From an uncultured Spirochaetota bacterium (GTDB lineage Bacteria > Spirochaetota > Spirochaetia > SZUA-6 > Fen-1364), in contig CAVTHO010000007.1 of assembly GCA_963734545.1 (NCBI GenBank), forward strand, positions 832,001-896,000: a stretch of DNA of 64,000 nucleotides. Direction: 5' to 3'. Positions 10,397-20,487 of this stretch are shown piece after piece (within the stretch, counting starts at the first letter, position 1; each line of letters begins with the position of its first letter). Made by a program: the position numbers and the translations under genes. Below the pieces are notes generated by a model. The model saw only the letters and a program-made list of their open reading frames with translations, made no database searches and was not told the origin of the DNA.

Positions 10397-11413
10397 CTAC
10401 AGCAGCCGGTTGAACCACGAGATCGAAAGCACTCCCATCACGAGGAACAGCCCGGCCGCGGCTGCGACGAAGAGCGCGGTGATCTCGGTATTCTCCTTGT
10501 CGAGTCCGAGCCGGGTGCCAAGAGATTTGTAGATGCTGAGCAGCTCCTCGGCGCTGCTTGCCTTGAAATACCTGCCCCCCGTGATCATTGCGATCTTCCG
10601 AAGTGTCGGCTCGTCGAGGATTGCGTGGAACGTGAACCCGTCGAGGTTGATATCGGCGCCCTCTTTTGTACCTACTCCGACGGTGAACACTCGAATTCCG
10701 AGGTTCGCCGCCTTTTCGGCCGCATCCAGGGGATCCGGTCCCTGGTTGCTCTGGCCGTCGCTCAACAGGATGATCGTCGCGCTCGAGTTGCTGCCGGGCG
10801 CCACCGGTGGGGGCTCTTGAGCCTGGGGAACAGGCGTGAGGGGCGCATTGGCGGAGTCCGCCTGCTCTCCGGACGGTTTCGGGAAGATCGCGCCCAGCGC
10901 GGTGAGCAGGCCGCTGCCTATCGCCGTGTACATCTGCGGGCTCAACCTTTCAATGGCTGCCAGCACGAGTCTCTTGTCCATGGTCGGCGCCTGGACAATG
11001 GTCGCCCATCCGGTAAAGGCCACGACGCCGAACCGCATCCCGCGCGGCTGGGCATTCACAAAGGTCGTCGCTGCGTCCTTCACCGCGTCCATGCGGGTCG
11101 GCTTGATGTCCCTCGCCCTCATGCTGCCCGACACATCGATGGACAGAATGACGGTGCCCCGCAGCCCCGGCAGCATGATCGGGGCGAACGGCCGGGCCAA
11201 CGCGACGATCGAGACCGTCACGCCCAGGAGGAACAACAGACCAGGCACGTGCCGGCGAAATCCTGGCCCCCGTCCCCCACCATCCGTCAAATGAACGAGG
11301 CCTGCGTAGCGCTGGGTGTGTTTCCGTCGACGCCTCAGGACCCGCACATAGATCGCGATCAGGACAGGTACGAGCGCGAGCAGCCACAGCATCCCCGGCC
11401 AGGTGAGCGTCAT
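10397..11413 (-). CDS. vWA-domain membrane protein (BatA-like)
   Basis: N-terminal WP..LWLL TM, ALARP, MIDAS DVSGSM, TAIGSG, LLSDGQSN, C-terminal TM. Confidence 0.88.
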   Translation of the reverse strand: MTLTWPGMLWLLALVPVLIAIYVRVLRRRRKHTQRYAGLVHLTDGGGRGPGFRRHVPGLLFLLGVTVSIVALARPFAPIMLPGLRGTVILSIDVSGSMRARDIKPTRMDAVKDAATTFVNAQPRGMRFGVVAFTGWATIVQAPTMDKRLVLAAIERLSPQMYTAIGSGLLTALGAIFPKPSGEQADSANAPLTPVPQAQEPPPVAPGSNSSATIILLSDGQSNQGPDPLDAAEKAANLGIRVFTVGVGTKEGADINLDGFTFHAILDEPTLRKIAMITGGRYFKASSAEELLSIYKSLGTRLGLDKENTEITALFVAAAAGLFLVMGVLSISWFNRLL

Positions 11414-11478
11414 CTTCGATAAAAATACAGGATCAGCGGGGAGAAGGGCACGAAAAAAAAGCGGGCCCGGAAGGTCGA

Positions 11479-12480
11479 TCAGCGCCTGCGCGTGTAGCGT
11501 TCGATGAATCGATAGGGATAGGGAAGCGGAACGGCGCTCGCCGCATCGAGAAGTTCGATTTCTTCTTTTGTCAGCTCCCAACCCACGCTCCCGAGGTTAT
11601 CGTCGAGCTGTTCCCGCGTGCGCGCGCCGAAGATGGGCACGACCAGGTCCGACCGCCGCAGAAGAAAGTTCAGCGCGACCTGGGAGCAGGTCTTTCCGCG
11701 TTTTCTGGCGATCTCCTTGATACAGCCAATGGTGCTCCAGGCAAGATCGCTCTCCCTTTGTGCCGGCTGATCGTCCCACCTTTCCCCCCGGCCCACCCTG
11801 CTCTCCTGGTCCGGCGGCCGTCCTTTCTCGTACTTGCCGGCGAGCCACCCGCCCGCGAGCGGGGACCAGGCTAGCAGGGCCAGGCCTTCCTCCCTGCAAA
11901 CAGGGAGCAGCTCCCATTCCGTGCTCCTGACAAGAAGGCTGTACTCCGCCTGCAAAGAAACCAGGGACGACCAGCCTCGCATTCTCTCCAGCATGACCGC
12001 CCTGGTGAGCTGGGAAGCAGTGAAGTTCGAGACACCGAGGTAGCGGACCTTCCCTGATCTCACCAGGTCCTCGAAGACTCGAAGCGTCTCCTCGAGCGGT
12101 GTCGACAAGTCGTAGCAGTGCGCCTGGTAAAGATCGATGTAGTCCGTTTGCAGTCTGCGAAGGCTCTCCTCGACAGACTGGAGGATGTGACTGCGCGAGA
12201 GGCCCATGTCGTTGGGCCCCTCTCCCGTGGCAAAAAAGACCTTCGTCGCAAGGACGATCTCGTGCCTGTTCTTCCTGGATTTCGACCAGGATCCCAGCAT
12301 GCGTTCGGAGGTGCCATTGTTGTACGTGCTGGACGAATCGAAAAGCAGGCCGCCTGCCTCAGCGAATCGGTCGGCCATGGCATGGGCCGTGCTCTCGTCG
12401 GCGCCCCAGCCGAATGTCTGCGTGCCCATTGCGAGCTCCGAAACAACCAGCCCGCTGCTGCCCAGGAACATGCGCCGCAT
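11479..12480 (-). CDS. Aldo/keto reductase
   Basis: LGSSGLVVSELAMGT, ATKVF, SLRRLQTDYIDLYQAH, WSPLAGGWL. Confidence 0.92.
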   Translation of the reverse strand: MRRMFLGSSGLVVSELAMGTQTFGWGADESTAHAMADRFAEAGGLLFDSSSTYNNGTSERMLGSWSKSRKNRHEIVLATKVFFATGEGPNDMGLSRSHILQSVEESLRRLQTDYIDLYQAHCYDLSTPLEETLRVFEDLVRSGKVRYLGVSNFTASQLTRAVMLERMRGWSSLVSLQAEYSLLVRSTEWELLPVCREEGLALLAWSPLAGGWLAGKYEKGRPPDQESRVGRGERWDDQPAQRESDLAWSTIGCIKEIARKRGKTCSQVALNFLLRRSDLVVPIFGARTREQLDDNLGSVGWELTKEEIELLDAASAVPLPYPYRFIERYTRRR

Positions 12481-12497
12481 CGTCTCCCCCTGCCGCC

Positions 12498-12977
12498 TTA
12501 CTCGCGCACGAGCAGGGCCCGGGGAAAATCATGATAGTGGAGATCGTCTTTTCCCGTTCCGCTTCGAAAGATCACGAGAAATCGGACAGAACTCTCGGCA
12601 ACAGGAAAAGGAATCCAGTGCCACGCTCCCCGTTCCATGATGATGGCCTGGCCGGGCCGGACCCTGAGAGCCATGATCCCGGAGAGGCCGCCGTCCACGC
12701 TCTCCTGCGGAGGTGCCGCGCAGACTATGGCCTCCCCGCCCAGGGAGACCAGCGCCTCCCGGGTGCGCAGGTGGCGCTCCATGCGGGCCAGTCTCTTCGG
12801 CCGCGGCGCGCATTCGATCACGCCTGAGGAACAGGGTGCCTCGAGCCCGATGTCGCTGTTCGTATCGGAATAGACGTAGTCCGCGCCAGGTTCCGGCGGG
12901 ACCCACTGCTCCGGGGTGAGCATCCAACCGATTCCTTTCAACGCCTCTACCGAAAGATCCACGATCCTGAGGTCCAT
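12498..12977 (-). CDS. Ureidoglycolate lyase-like (AllA family) cupin
   Basis: MERHLRTREAL and GQAIIMERGAWH.IPFP motifs. Confidence 0.7.
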   Translation of the reverse strand: MDLRIVDLSVEALKGIGWMLTPEQWVPPEPGADYVYSDTNSDIGLEAPCSSGVIECAPRPKRLARMERHLRTREALVSLGGEAIVCAAPPQESVDGGLSGIMALRVRPGQAIIMERGAWHWIPFPVAESSVRFLVIFRSGTGKDDLHYHDFPRALLVRE

Positions 12978-13161
12978 GGCATGCTCCTTCGACTCGAATC
13001 GACGCCAGAGAGCTTGGAGGGACTCGTTGAGTGTTTATCTTCCCCAGTATAGAACGCGCCGGCACCGGGCACAAGGTCGGCCATTGCGCCATCTTTAGGA
13101 ACTGCCTTCTGAGGCTGTATAATATGCATGTCGGATCGCTGGAGAGCTGAGGTGAGAATCT

Positions 13162-13827
13162 ATGAAACGATCAAGAACTGTCGTGTTGTCGGCGGTTGTC
13201 GCGGTTTTGCTGGCCAGCCCGGCTTTTCCCCAAGGCGATGCTGAGGACCTTCCACTGGCTGACCAGCAGGCCTTCCAGACCAAACAGGCAGCCCCACAGG
13301 TCGAGAAGGCCGCCCCACCCGAACAAACGGCCCCACAGACCGATCAGACAGTCCCCCAGCCTGAGCAGGCAGCCCTCCCCGACGATCAAGCGGTCTCTCA
13401 GCCGGCGCCAGAGGTTCCACAGACTGATTCGAAGGCTCCTCAGATTGAAGCCGATATCCCAAAAGGTAAGGCTCTTTTGTACATCTACTGGCCCGGGCAG
13501 ATGGCCTCGCAAGACAATGAAATAGGAGATCCTCTGGTCCTTGCGAAGAACGGGCCAATAGGGATCTTGCCTCGAGGTGGCTATTACAGACGCGTTACGG
13601 ATACAGGGACAACCAAGCTCTGGCTCGTTTCCTTATATGCAAGAGAGCTTCGATTGGAAACCGTTGCCGGCCAGACGTATTATGTCAGAGTTGGCTTCCC
13701 CGGCAACTTCCAGAGTATTTGGGGGAGTTTGGGTGGGAGATTCCAGCCCCCGAATATTGAATTCAAATTGGTTCCCCCTGAAACGGCCAGGACTGAAATA
13801 GCAGCATGCCAGGAGCTGACCGAATGA
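13162..13827 (+). CDS. Secreted protein with Pro/Gln-rich linker and DUF2846-like domain
   Basis: Signal peptide, PQ-rich repeats, GKALLYIY, G.L..GGY, AGQTYYVRV. Confidence 0.65.
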   Translation: MKRSRTVVLSAVVAVLLASPAFPQGDAEDLPLADQQAFQTKQAAPQVEKAAPPEQTAPQTDQTVPQPEQAALPDDQAVSQPAPEVPQTDSKAPQIEADIPKGKALLYIYWPGQMASQDNEIGDPLVLAKNGPIGILPRGGYYRRVTDTGTTKLWLVSLYARELRLETVAGQTYYVRVGFPGNFQSIWGSLGGRFQPPNIEFKLVPPETARTEIAACQELTE

Positions 13828-14010
13828 AGCCGCCGGGCGCATGCGAGGACCTCCACGGCCATGACGCTCGATGAGGCTCGTGAGAAGTACCGCCCTGCCC
13901 GAATGAGGGCAAAAGGGCAAGCTTGATCTGAGGGCCTTAAGGGCGCTGGCTACCCGACCCAAGGTACGTCATGCTTGGTGACAAACGCCATGAGACAACG
14001 AGGCGAGCGA

Positions 14011-14415
14011 ATGGCAGAAGTGCACGTCTTCAGTTTGAAAGTTGGGACCGCGCACGGACTGTGGCAGTACAAGCTCAGCGGCACGCATGACAAGGTAATG
14101 ATGCATGGCGTTCGGAACATCCTCCACAAGACATGCCAATTGCTGGGGCTTGACGACGCTGATCGCTCGGTTGTCTACCTTCTATACTTCTCTGCCGAAC
14201 CCTTCCAAGGCCACCAAGTCTGCTTGGAGAGGATGGAGGAAGTACGGGACAGGCTCGGCACGGCCTGCTACTACAGGGTCAAACAGTCTAATATCGGCGG
14301 CTTCAAGGCAGTAGGACTCTTCCCTGCCATCGTCAACACCAGCTACCTTCGAACTTGGCCAGCGACTATCTACTTCAAGCTCGAAAGATCAATAGCGGGA
14401 GGGGTTGTGAACTGA
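14011..14415 (+). CDS. Hypothetical protein
   Basis: 134-aa ORF with globular composition; no family recognised. Confidence 0.55.
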   Translation: MAEVHVFSLKVGTAHGLWQYKLSGTHDKVMMHGVRNILHKTCQLLGLDDADRSVVYLLYFSAEPFQGHQVCLERMEEVRDRLGTACYYRVKQSNIGGFKAVGLFPAIVNTSYLRTWPATIYFKLERSIAGGVVN

Positions 14416-14431
14416 AGCGGTTGCAGAAAAA

Positions 14432-14578
14432 TCAGTCGCAATCACCTGCTTTCACGAGCGTGGTGATCGTTTCTGGGTTCCGGTTGAAGTTGGCAGCAAC
14501 CATAAGCGGGGTAAATCCGTTTGGGTTCCGAGCGTTGATATTTGCACCTTTGCTTGTTCGCTCCGAGACCCTTGCCAT
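14432..14578 (-). pseudogene. Ankyrin-repeat gene remnant (about one repeat)
   Basis: KGANINARNPNGFTPLMVAA..N.NPETITTLVKAG followed almost immediately by a stop. Confidence 0.65.
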
Positions 14579-14660
14579 CTTGACGCCACCTTTTCTGTCA
14601 TGAGGCTGTGGCATTTGTCACGCCAAGAAAAAAAGGCGCAGGTCTCATGGGGGCTTCCCC

Positions 14661-14969
14661 CTATCCTGAAGGAAACAGGTCTTTCAGCCCTTGAGAGGCG
14701 ACGTAGAGACTGCCGATGCCGCTCAGCACGTATGCGACCCGCAGCGCTTCCCCGATTTCTTCCTTTGTAGCCCCTGCGTTGATGGCGTTCTGGGCCAAGG
14801 ACCTCACGCCGTTTGCAGCTCCGTGAGCTGCGTCGTATGCAATCGCGATGAGAAGCTTCATTTTCTTGGGCAACACGCCATCTGCGAAAGCCCAGTCGTC
14901 AGCACTTCTCATGTGCTCGACAAGATTGGGGTCAATCTTCATGATTGTATTCAATGGATTTTCTGGCAC
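14661..14969 (-). CDS. Carboxymuconolactone decarboxylase (CMD) family protein
   Basis: DGVLPKKMKLLIAIA, GATKEEIGEAL; GGAGG RBS before GTG. Confidence 0.85.
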   Translation of the reverse strand: MPENPLNTIMKIDPNLVEHMRSADDWAFADGVLPKKMKLLIAIAYDAAHGAANGVRSLAQNAINAGATKEEIGEALRVAYVLSGIGSLYVASQGLKDLFPSG

Positions 14970-15123
14970 CTGTGACCTCCTCGCGTGGGATGAGGCCAGT
15001 ATAGGCGCCCGCAGTCAGTACGTTCAAGAATAAAGCCCTGGGCTGCTTCAGTTTGCGCGGGATTTCACCAAAGAGCGGTTCGCTGGCAACCGGGCCGAAA
15101 CTCAAGAGCTGCGTCGGCTGCTT

Positions 15124-15417
15124 TCAGGGCAGCTTCATCACAGCCGCAGCAAGCTCTTCCCGCGAAAACGCCCTGACGGTTGTCGTCCGAACGGTCCCCA
15201 TCATGCCCAATCCAAGTAAGAAGGTCAGCAAGACTTCATCATTCGGCACTTCGCCAACGGCAATATAGTCGTATTCCCCTGTGGTTAGGTAGAAACCGAT
15301 CATTTTGCCACCCATCTTCTCCAGATTCTTGATTGAAGCGTCAATGCGGGCAGGCGCATCTTTAATCGTCTTTGCTCCTTGCCCAGTCAGTTTCATCATA
15401 ACAATGTGAGTCGACAT
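15124..15417 (-). CDS. GYD-domain protein
   Basis: LT.QGAK.IKD.P.R, GG.....Y.T.GEYD, G.VRTTT.RAF. Confidence 0.88.
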   Translation of the reverse strand: MSTHIVMMKLTGQGAKTIKDAPARIDASIKNLEKMGGKMIGFYLTTGEYDYIAVGEVPNDEVLLTFLLGLGMMGTVRTTTVRAFSREELAAAVMKLP

Positions 15418-15686
15418 CTTTCATCCCCCTCTCTCTAATCGCTGACAGCAAACCGCCCAATAGGCAATTCTCTTCCCACGGCTGCAACTGTCAAGGCATA
15501 GACTGGGTCCCCCACTTCTCATGGACGATTACAGGAAGGTCAACCGAAAGAGAGGCGGAGTTCTTCCTGGCGCGTAAGGAAGGGGCCGTTGCGGGCAGGA
15601 TCGCGGCAGTACATGAATGGGCGCGGCAAGCGGGGGTGCATCCGGATTATCGGCCTGATGTCGCCCGCAAATCAATAATCTGTAAG

Positions 15687-15757
15687 AGCGAGCGAGGGGA
15701 ATCGAACCCCCGACTCCAGCTTGGGAAGCTGGGGTAATGCCATTTTACGACGCTCGC
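15687..15757 (-). tRNA. tRNA-Gly(CCC), CCA not encoded
   Basis: Cloverleaf: GCGAGCG/CGCTCGC acceptor stem, CCAGC-TTCCCAA-GCTGG anticodon arm, GGTTCGATTCC T-arm. Confidence 0.95.
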
Positions 15758-15793
15758 TTGACCGGCCACCACAGGCGGCATTTATCGGCGCCT

Positions 15794-15822
15794 AATGTAC
15801 CAGCGCCGCAGCCATCTGTCAA
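15794..15822 (-). promoter_or_regulatory. sigma70-type promoter for tRNA-Gly
   Basis: TTGACA-17bp-TACATT on the minus strand. Confidence 0.7.
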
Positions 15823-15843
15823 GAAACCAGATCTGTCAAGAAA

Positions 15844-16923
15844 CTAGAATTGAAGCGGTGTTGCCTTCTCCCGCGCCACTTCCTGGTCCAGAACATAGAG
15901 CACCAGCTCGCTCCCGTCGGGGACTATGTAGGGAACCGCCAGCGGCCCGCCGGGGTGCTTCATGGAAAAGATTTCCTTTGGCTCGCTGTCAGAGACGATC
16001 ACGAGCCGTATGTTCACGGCAATCGGCTGGCTGGGAAGGGAGAATTTGAACATGCCGAAGACATTGTCTTTTCCCACGTCCGCAGGGGCGGTCATGTTGA
16101 GCTGGGCCACCTGCCCATATGCCATCTGCGCTCCTTTGCCGGGATTCTGGTCGGTGACCGCACCGGACGGGATGCCCTTGGGAGCCTTGCGCACAGTGAA
16201 GGCAAAGGGGACATTGTCCCGGGTAAGCTCGGCTATCGCCTCCTGGAAGCTCTTTCCCACGTAGTCACCAATGGCGTAGGTCGACTCCCCTCCCTCCTCC
16301 TGGCTGACAACCAGCTCGAGATAGGTGAGACCAGTGATTTTCGTCCCGGGCACGGGGCTTTGCGCGAGCACTTTTCCTGGGGGAGTGCCGTTCTCGTGCC
16401 GGTAGAGTATGGGTTCCTTGATGAGCAGGTTCGGGCTGTGGCTGGCGAACAGCGTCTGCAGATGGATCTTGACGTCGTCAAGATTCATGCCGACGTAGTT
16501 CTCCACCTTGTCGATGACCGGACCCCTGCTCACCCTCAGCGTCACGCGTTTTCCCGCCTTGACAAGGGTGCCGGGTGACGGCCGCTGGGAGATCACGAGA
16601 TTCTTGTCAATGTCCGCGGAGTACTGGATCTGGATATCGGGGTAGAGCTCCTTGCTCTGCAGGTCGATGAGCGCATCAAGCACATCCCGGCCCTGGAGGT
16701 TGGGCACGAGAGTTTCCGGCTGGCCCCGGACAGCAATGGAGAAAGTGACGATCCCGATGACGATCATCAACCCGATGATCCCGACAAAAAGGAACGAGTA
16801 GATCTTGAGGTTGCGGATCTCCGGGGAGTCGTCCGCGTGGGGGGCGACCCTCCGGATGAAATCACGCACCCACTCATACGCGCGTTCGAGCCACTTTCCC
16901 ACATTCCAGATGAAGTCCCTCAT
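15844..16923 (-). CDS. PASTA-domain membrane protein
   Basis: One TM, then repeated VPNL.G / VISQ.P.PGT.VK.G..V.L.VS units; follows def-fmt. Confidence 0.88.
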   Translation of the reverse strand: MRDFIWNVGKWLERAYEWVRDFIRRVAPHADDSPEIRNLKIYSFLFVGIIGLMIVIGIVTFSIAVRGQPETLVPNLQGRDVLDALIDLQSKELYPDIQIQYSADIDKNLVISQRPSPGTLVKAGKRVTLRVSRGPVIDKVENYVGMNLDDVKIHLQTLFASHSPNLLIKEPILYRHENGTPPGKVLAQSPVPGTKITGLTYLELVVSQEEGGESTYAIGDYVGKSFQEAIAELTRDNVPFAFTVRKAPKGIPSGAVTDQNPGKGAQMAYGQVAQLNMTAPADVGKDNVFGMFKFSLPSQPIAVNIRLVIVSDSEPKEIFSMKHPGGPLAVPYIVPDGSELVLYVLDQEVAREKATPLQF

Positions 16924-17879
16924 ATCCCCTCTGCTTCTGTTCCCAGGCGTTGTCCGATTACATCGGGGTGGCCGTTCAGAAAAGCGCGCCAGTCCATTGC
17001 CTTCTTGAACCGCGGCTGCAGGCGTTCCACGGCAAGAACGCCGCTGCCTGTCTGGACAAGGAGCCCATGGGCCTTGTCCGCGGCAAGAATGGCTCCGGGT
17101 TTTTCCGGCGCGGATTCAGAGCCGAGCGTATCCGGATGGACGTGGGATTTCAAGAGCAGGAGAAGCTCGCCGGCAAGGGTCGTGGATGCCCGTGGCCAGG
17201 GATCGTATGCCCGGACCTTCCTTTCCAGCAGGACGGCCGGCTCACGCCAATCCACCCGGCCTTCCTCCTTGCGCAGGGGATGGCAGTAGCTGGCGTCTTC
17301 TTCCCGCTGAGGGATGGGTGTCGGCGGGCTCCCGGATTCGAAACCTGCAAGGACCGATTCCATCAGCCCGACGCCGCGCGCGGCAAGAGCCTCGCTCAAG
17401 TCACCGGTGGTCTCGCTCCCGCGCAGCGGGTACCGCTCCTGCGCGAGAATGTCACCGGTGTCGAACTTCAGCGCCATTCGTTGAACGGTGACTCCTGTTT
17501 CAGCGTCCCCGGCAAGTATCGCTGCGCTGACAGGAGACGGACCCCTGAACCGCGGCAGCAGGGACGGGTGCAGGTTGATCCCGCCGAGCGGGAAGATCTC
17601 GAGGAATGCCCGTCGGAAGATTTTGCCGTACGCCGCCACGACCAGGAGATCGGGCGCGAGTGAGCGCACCTCATCGATGAATGCCGCGTCAAGGCGCGAG
17701 GGCTGGAACAGCTTCAGCCCGAGGGAGAGCGCTGTTTCCTTGACAGGAGACGGCACGCACAGGCGTCCTCGGCCTGAAGGCTGGTCGGGACTGGTGAGCA
17801 CGCCGACTACGGACCGCGCGATCTTCTCCAGGGACGGAACCGCCAGTGATGGTGTTCCCGCAAAGAGAACGCGCATCAC
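16920..17879 (-). CDS. fmt: Methionyl-tRNA formyltransferase
   Basis: FAGTP, PDQPSGRG, VVAAYGKI, INLHPSLLPRFRGPSP. Confidence 0.95.
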   Translation of the reverse strand: MMRVLFAGTPSLAVPSLEKIARSVVGVLTSPDQPSGRGRLCVPSPVKETALSLGLKLFQPSRLDAAFIDEVRSLAPDLLVVAAYGKIFRRAFLEIFPLGGINLHPSLLPRFRGPSPVSAAILAGDAETGVTVQRMALKFDTGDILAQERYPLRGSETTGDLSEALAARGVGLMESVLAGFESGSPPTPIPQREEDASYCHPLRKEEGRVDWREPAVLLERKVRAYDPWPRASTTLAGELLLLLKSHVHPDTLGSESAPEKPGAILAADKAHGLLVQTGSGVLAVERLQPRFKKAMDWRAFLNGHPDVIGQRLGTEAEGI

Positions 17880-18364
17880 GCTTCGACTTTTGTTTCGTAT
17901 CCGGCGAGCAGGCGCTGCTTTTTTTTCGGGTCGATCCTGTCGATGAAAAGGATCCCGTTCAGATGGTCGAACTCGTGCTGAATGACACGGCCGAGGTACC
18001 CATCAGCCGTCAGGCTGAATGGCCGGCCCTTTGCGTTCCATGCCTGAACTCGTACCGACGAGGAGCGGACCACGTCCGTGTACAGGCCGGGAATGCTCAA
18101 GCAGCCTTCTTCGAAGGGTTCCTCTTCGATCGAAGTTTCAAGGATATCGGGATTGATGAAGATCCGCGGGCTGTCCCCCGGGACCCGGGTGATGAATACG
18201 CGAAGAAGCTCCCCGACCTGCACCGCCGCGAGGCCGACGCCTTTGCCCCTGTCCATGGCCTCGAACATCTCGGCAATCAGGGTGCGGACGTCACCGTTTA
18301 TGTCCGGCACCACGACGGAATGCTTTTTGAGTGTCGGGTCGCCGAGTTTTATGATGCTCAGCAT
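17876..18364 (-). CDS. def: Peptide deformylase
   Basis: GVGLAAVQVG, EGCLSIP, QHEFDHLNG. Confidence 0.97.
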   Translation of the reverse strand: MLSIIKLGDPTLKKHSVVVPDINGDVRTLIAEMFEAMDRGKGVGLAAVQVGELLRVFITRVPGDSPRIFINPDILETSIEEEPFEEGCLSIPGLYTDVVRSSSVRVQAWNAKGRPFSLTADGYLGRVIQHEFDHLNGILFIDRIDPKKKQRLLAGYETKVEA

Positions 18365-18389
18365 AATCTAAAGTAGCAAAATAGCGCGC

Positions 18390-18466
18390 GCGCGCCAAGT
18401 CGGCGGCCGGCACAGCCGCGGCGGACCCTGGGCGCGCCAAGTCGGCGGCCGGCACAGCCGCGGCGG
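18390..18466. repeat. Direct repeat, two identical 35-bp copies, period 42
   Basis: GCGCGCCAAGTCGGCGGCCGGCACAGCCGCGGCGG at 18390-18424 and 18432-18466. Confidence 0.9.
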
Positions 18467-18521
18467 TGCCAGGCAGCGGGTGCGGCGGGTGCCGGGGGCG
18501 AGGCCCGGCGAGACACCCGGC

Positions 18522-20469
18522 CTACAGCAGCGCCTGCGGGTCGACGTCCACCTCCACGTAAACGCCCTTCGGCGCGCGAAACTCTTCGAGCGCGGCGCTC
18601 ACCCGGGCATGGGCCTCCGAGAAGCGAGTGGTGCGGACAAGCGTCTGAAACCGGTAGCTGCCGGAAATCCTTGCAAGAGGGCATTCTGCCGGCCCGAGAA
18701 TCTCCGCGGCGTCCGCAAGTCTTTCCCCGAGAATGCCGGTGAGCCCGTCGATCGTCTCCGAGGTCTTGTGCCGGTTCCTTCCCCGAAGCACGAGACGGAT
18801 CAGCCTGCTGAAAGGAGGAAATCCAAGGAGGCGCCGGGCTTCGAGCTCCGTGGAATAGAACTCTTCCAGCTTTCCTTCCTGCGCCATGACGATGGCGGGC
18901 GCCGCGGGGCGGAAGGTCTGGATGATCACGCGTCCGTCCGGCAGCGCCCTGCCGGCGCGGCCGGAGACCTGGACCAGCAGCCCGAACGTGCGCTCGGCGG
19001 CCCTGAAATCGGGGAGCTGAAAGCCGGTGTCCGCATTGACGATGCCGACCAGCTTGACTCCCGGGAAATCGAGCCCCTTGGCGACCATCTGGGTTCCGAT
19101 CAGAACGTGGATCTTCCCCTCGCGGAAATCGGCCAGCGCCCTGGCCAGCACTTTCTTCTTCTTCACGGCATCCGTATCGAGGCGCCGGACGACAAGCTGG
19201 GGGAACTGGCGCTGCAGCTCCTCTTCGATGCCCTCTGTACCGAATCCGGAGTACCCGACGTCCAGGGACCCGCATTGCGGGCAGAGCGAGATGGGGGCCG
19301 TCGAAAAGCCGCAGTAGTGGCAGATCATCCGCTCCCGCTCCTTGTGATAGGTGAGCGACACGGAGCAGTGATTGCACGCCATCTCGTACCCGCAGGATCG
19401 GCAGTGAAAAAGATAGGAGAATCCGCGCCGGTTCAGGAAAAGGATCGTTTGCCTGCCTTCTTCCCTGGTTCTTCCGATCTCGTCCAGGAGCGGCCCGGAG
19501 AGGGGCCCCGGTCTGCCGGCGCATGTCCACGACACGGATGGCGGGCATTTTGCCGCCGCTGAGCCGCACAGGCAGACGGAGCGCGGCGAGCTTGCCTTCG
19601 TTCATGCGGTGCCATGCCTCGAGGGAAGGGGTGGCGGAACCCATCAGGAGGATCGCCTTCTCTTCCGCGGCCCGGTACATCGCCACCTGCCGTGCATGGT
19701 AACGCGGGGTCGTGCCGGACTTGTACGAGCCCTCGTGCTCCTCGTCGATCACGACAAGGCCAAGCCGTGCAAAGGGCGCGAATATGGCGCTTCGTGCGCC
19801 TATGACCGCATCCACCTCTCCGTCCATGACCCGCGCCCATTCCTTCAGCCGCTGAGAGGGAGTGAGCGAGGAATGGAGGACCGCCAGCCTCCCTTGAAAG
19901 AGCGCGGTAAAACGCCGCACCACCTGGTGAGTGAGGGAAATCTCGGGGACGAGGTAGATCACGCCGCGACCGCTGGCCACCACGTCCTGCGCCACCCGGA
20001 GGTACACGTCGGTTTTTCCCGACCCGGTGACTCCGAACAGGTAATACGATCCTGTTCCCTTTTCACTTATGGCGCGCACGGCGGAGAGCTGCTGATCTGC
20101 CAGGACGTAACCTTTCGGCTCCTCGTCCAGGGGGAACTCTTCGGTCTCTCCTTCCCTCCGCCCGGAGGGGATCATCGCGGAAAGGGCCTCTCCGAGTGAG
20201 CACATGTACATGCGGGAAATCCAGCGCGCGAGAGAGAGCACCCGGTCGTTGAACAGAGGCCGGGAATCGATGACCCTCTTCACTTCCTTCAATTCCGCAA
20301 CACCCTCCGGAGGCGCCGCCGGCTCGCCGACGACGAAGCCGGTGAGCATCCTCGACCCGAACGGGGCGGATACCCGGCGGCCAAGGGCAGGATCGGCGCC
20401 TTCCGGCAGCAGGTAGGTGAATGCCCTTCGCACGGGAAGGTTGAACACCAGCTCGACGAATCTGCTCAT
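18522..20469 (-). CDS. priA: Primosomal protein N' (frameshift near 19520)
   Basis: GVTGSGKT, DEEHE, LFLNRRG, CxxC zinc motifs, GTQMVAKGLDFP across two frames. Confidence 0.93.
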
Positions 20470-20487
20470 CCGCTCACCCTGCGGGTT

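Noticed and set aside
18390-18466. Possible mini CRISPR array
   Set aside because: Only two repeats, a 7-bp spacer, no cas genes and no leader
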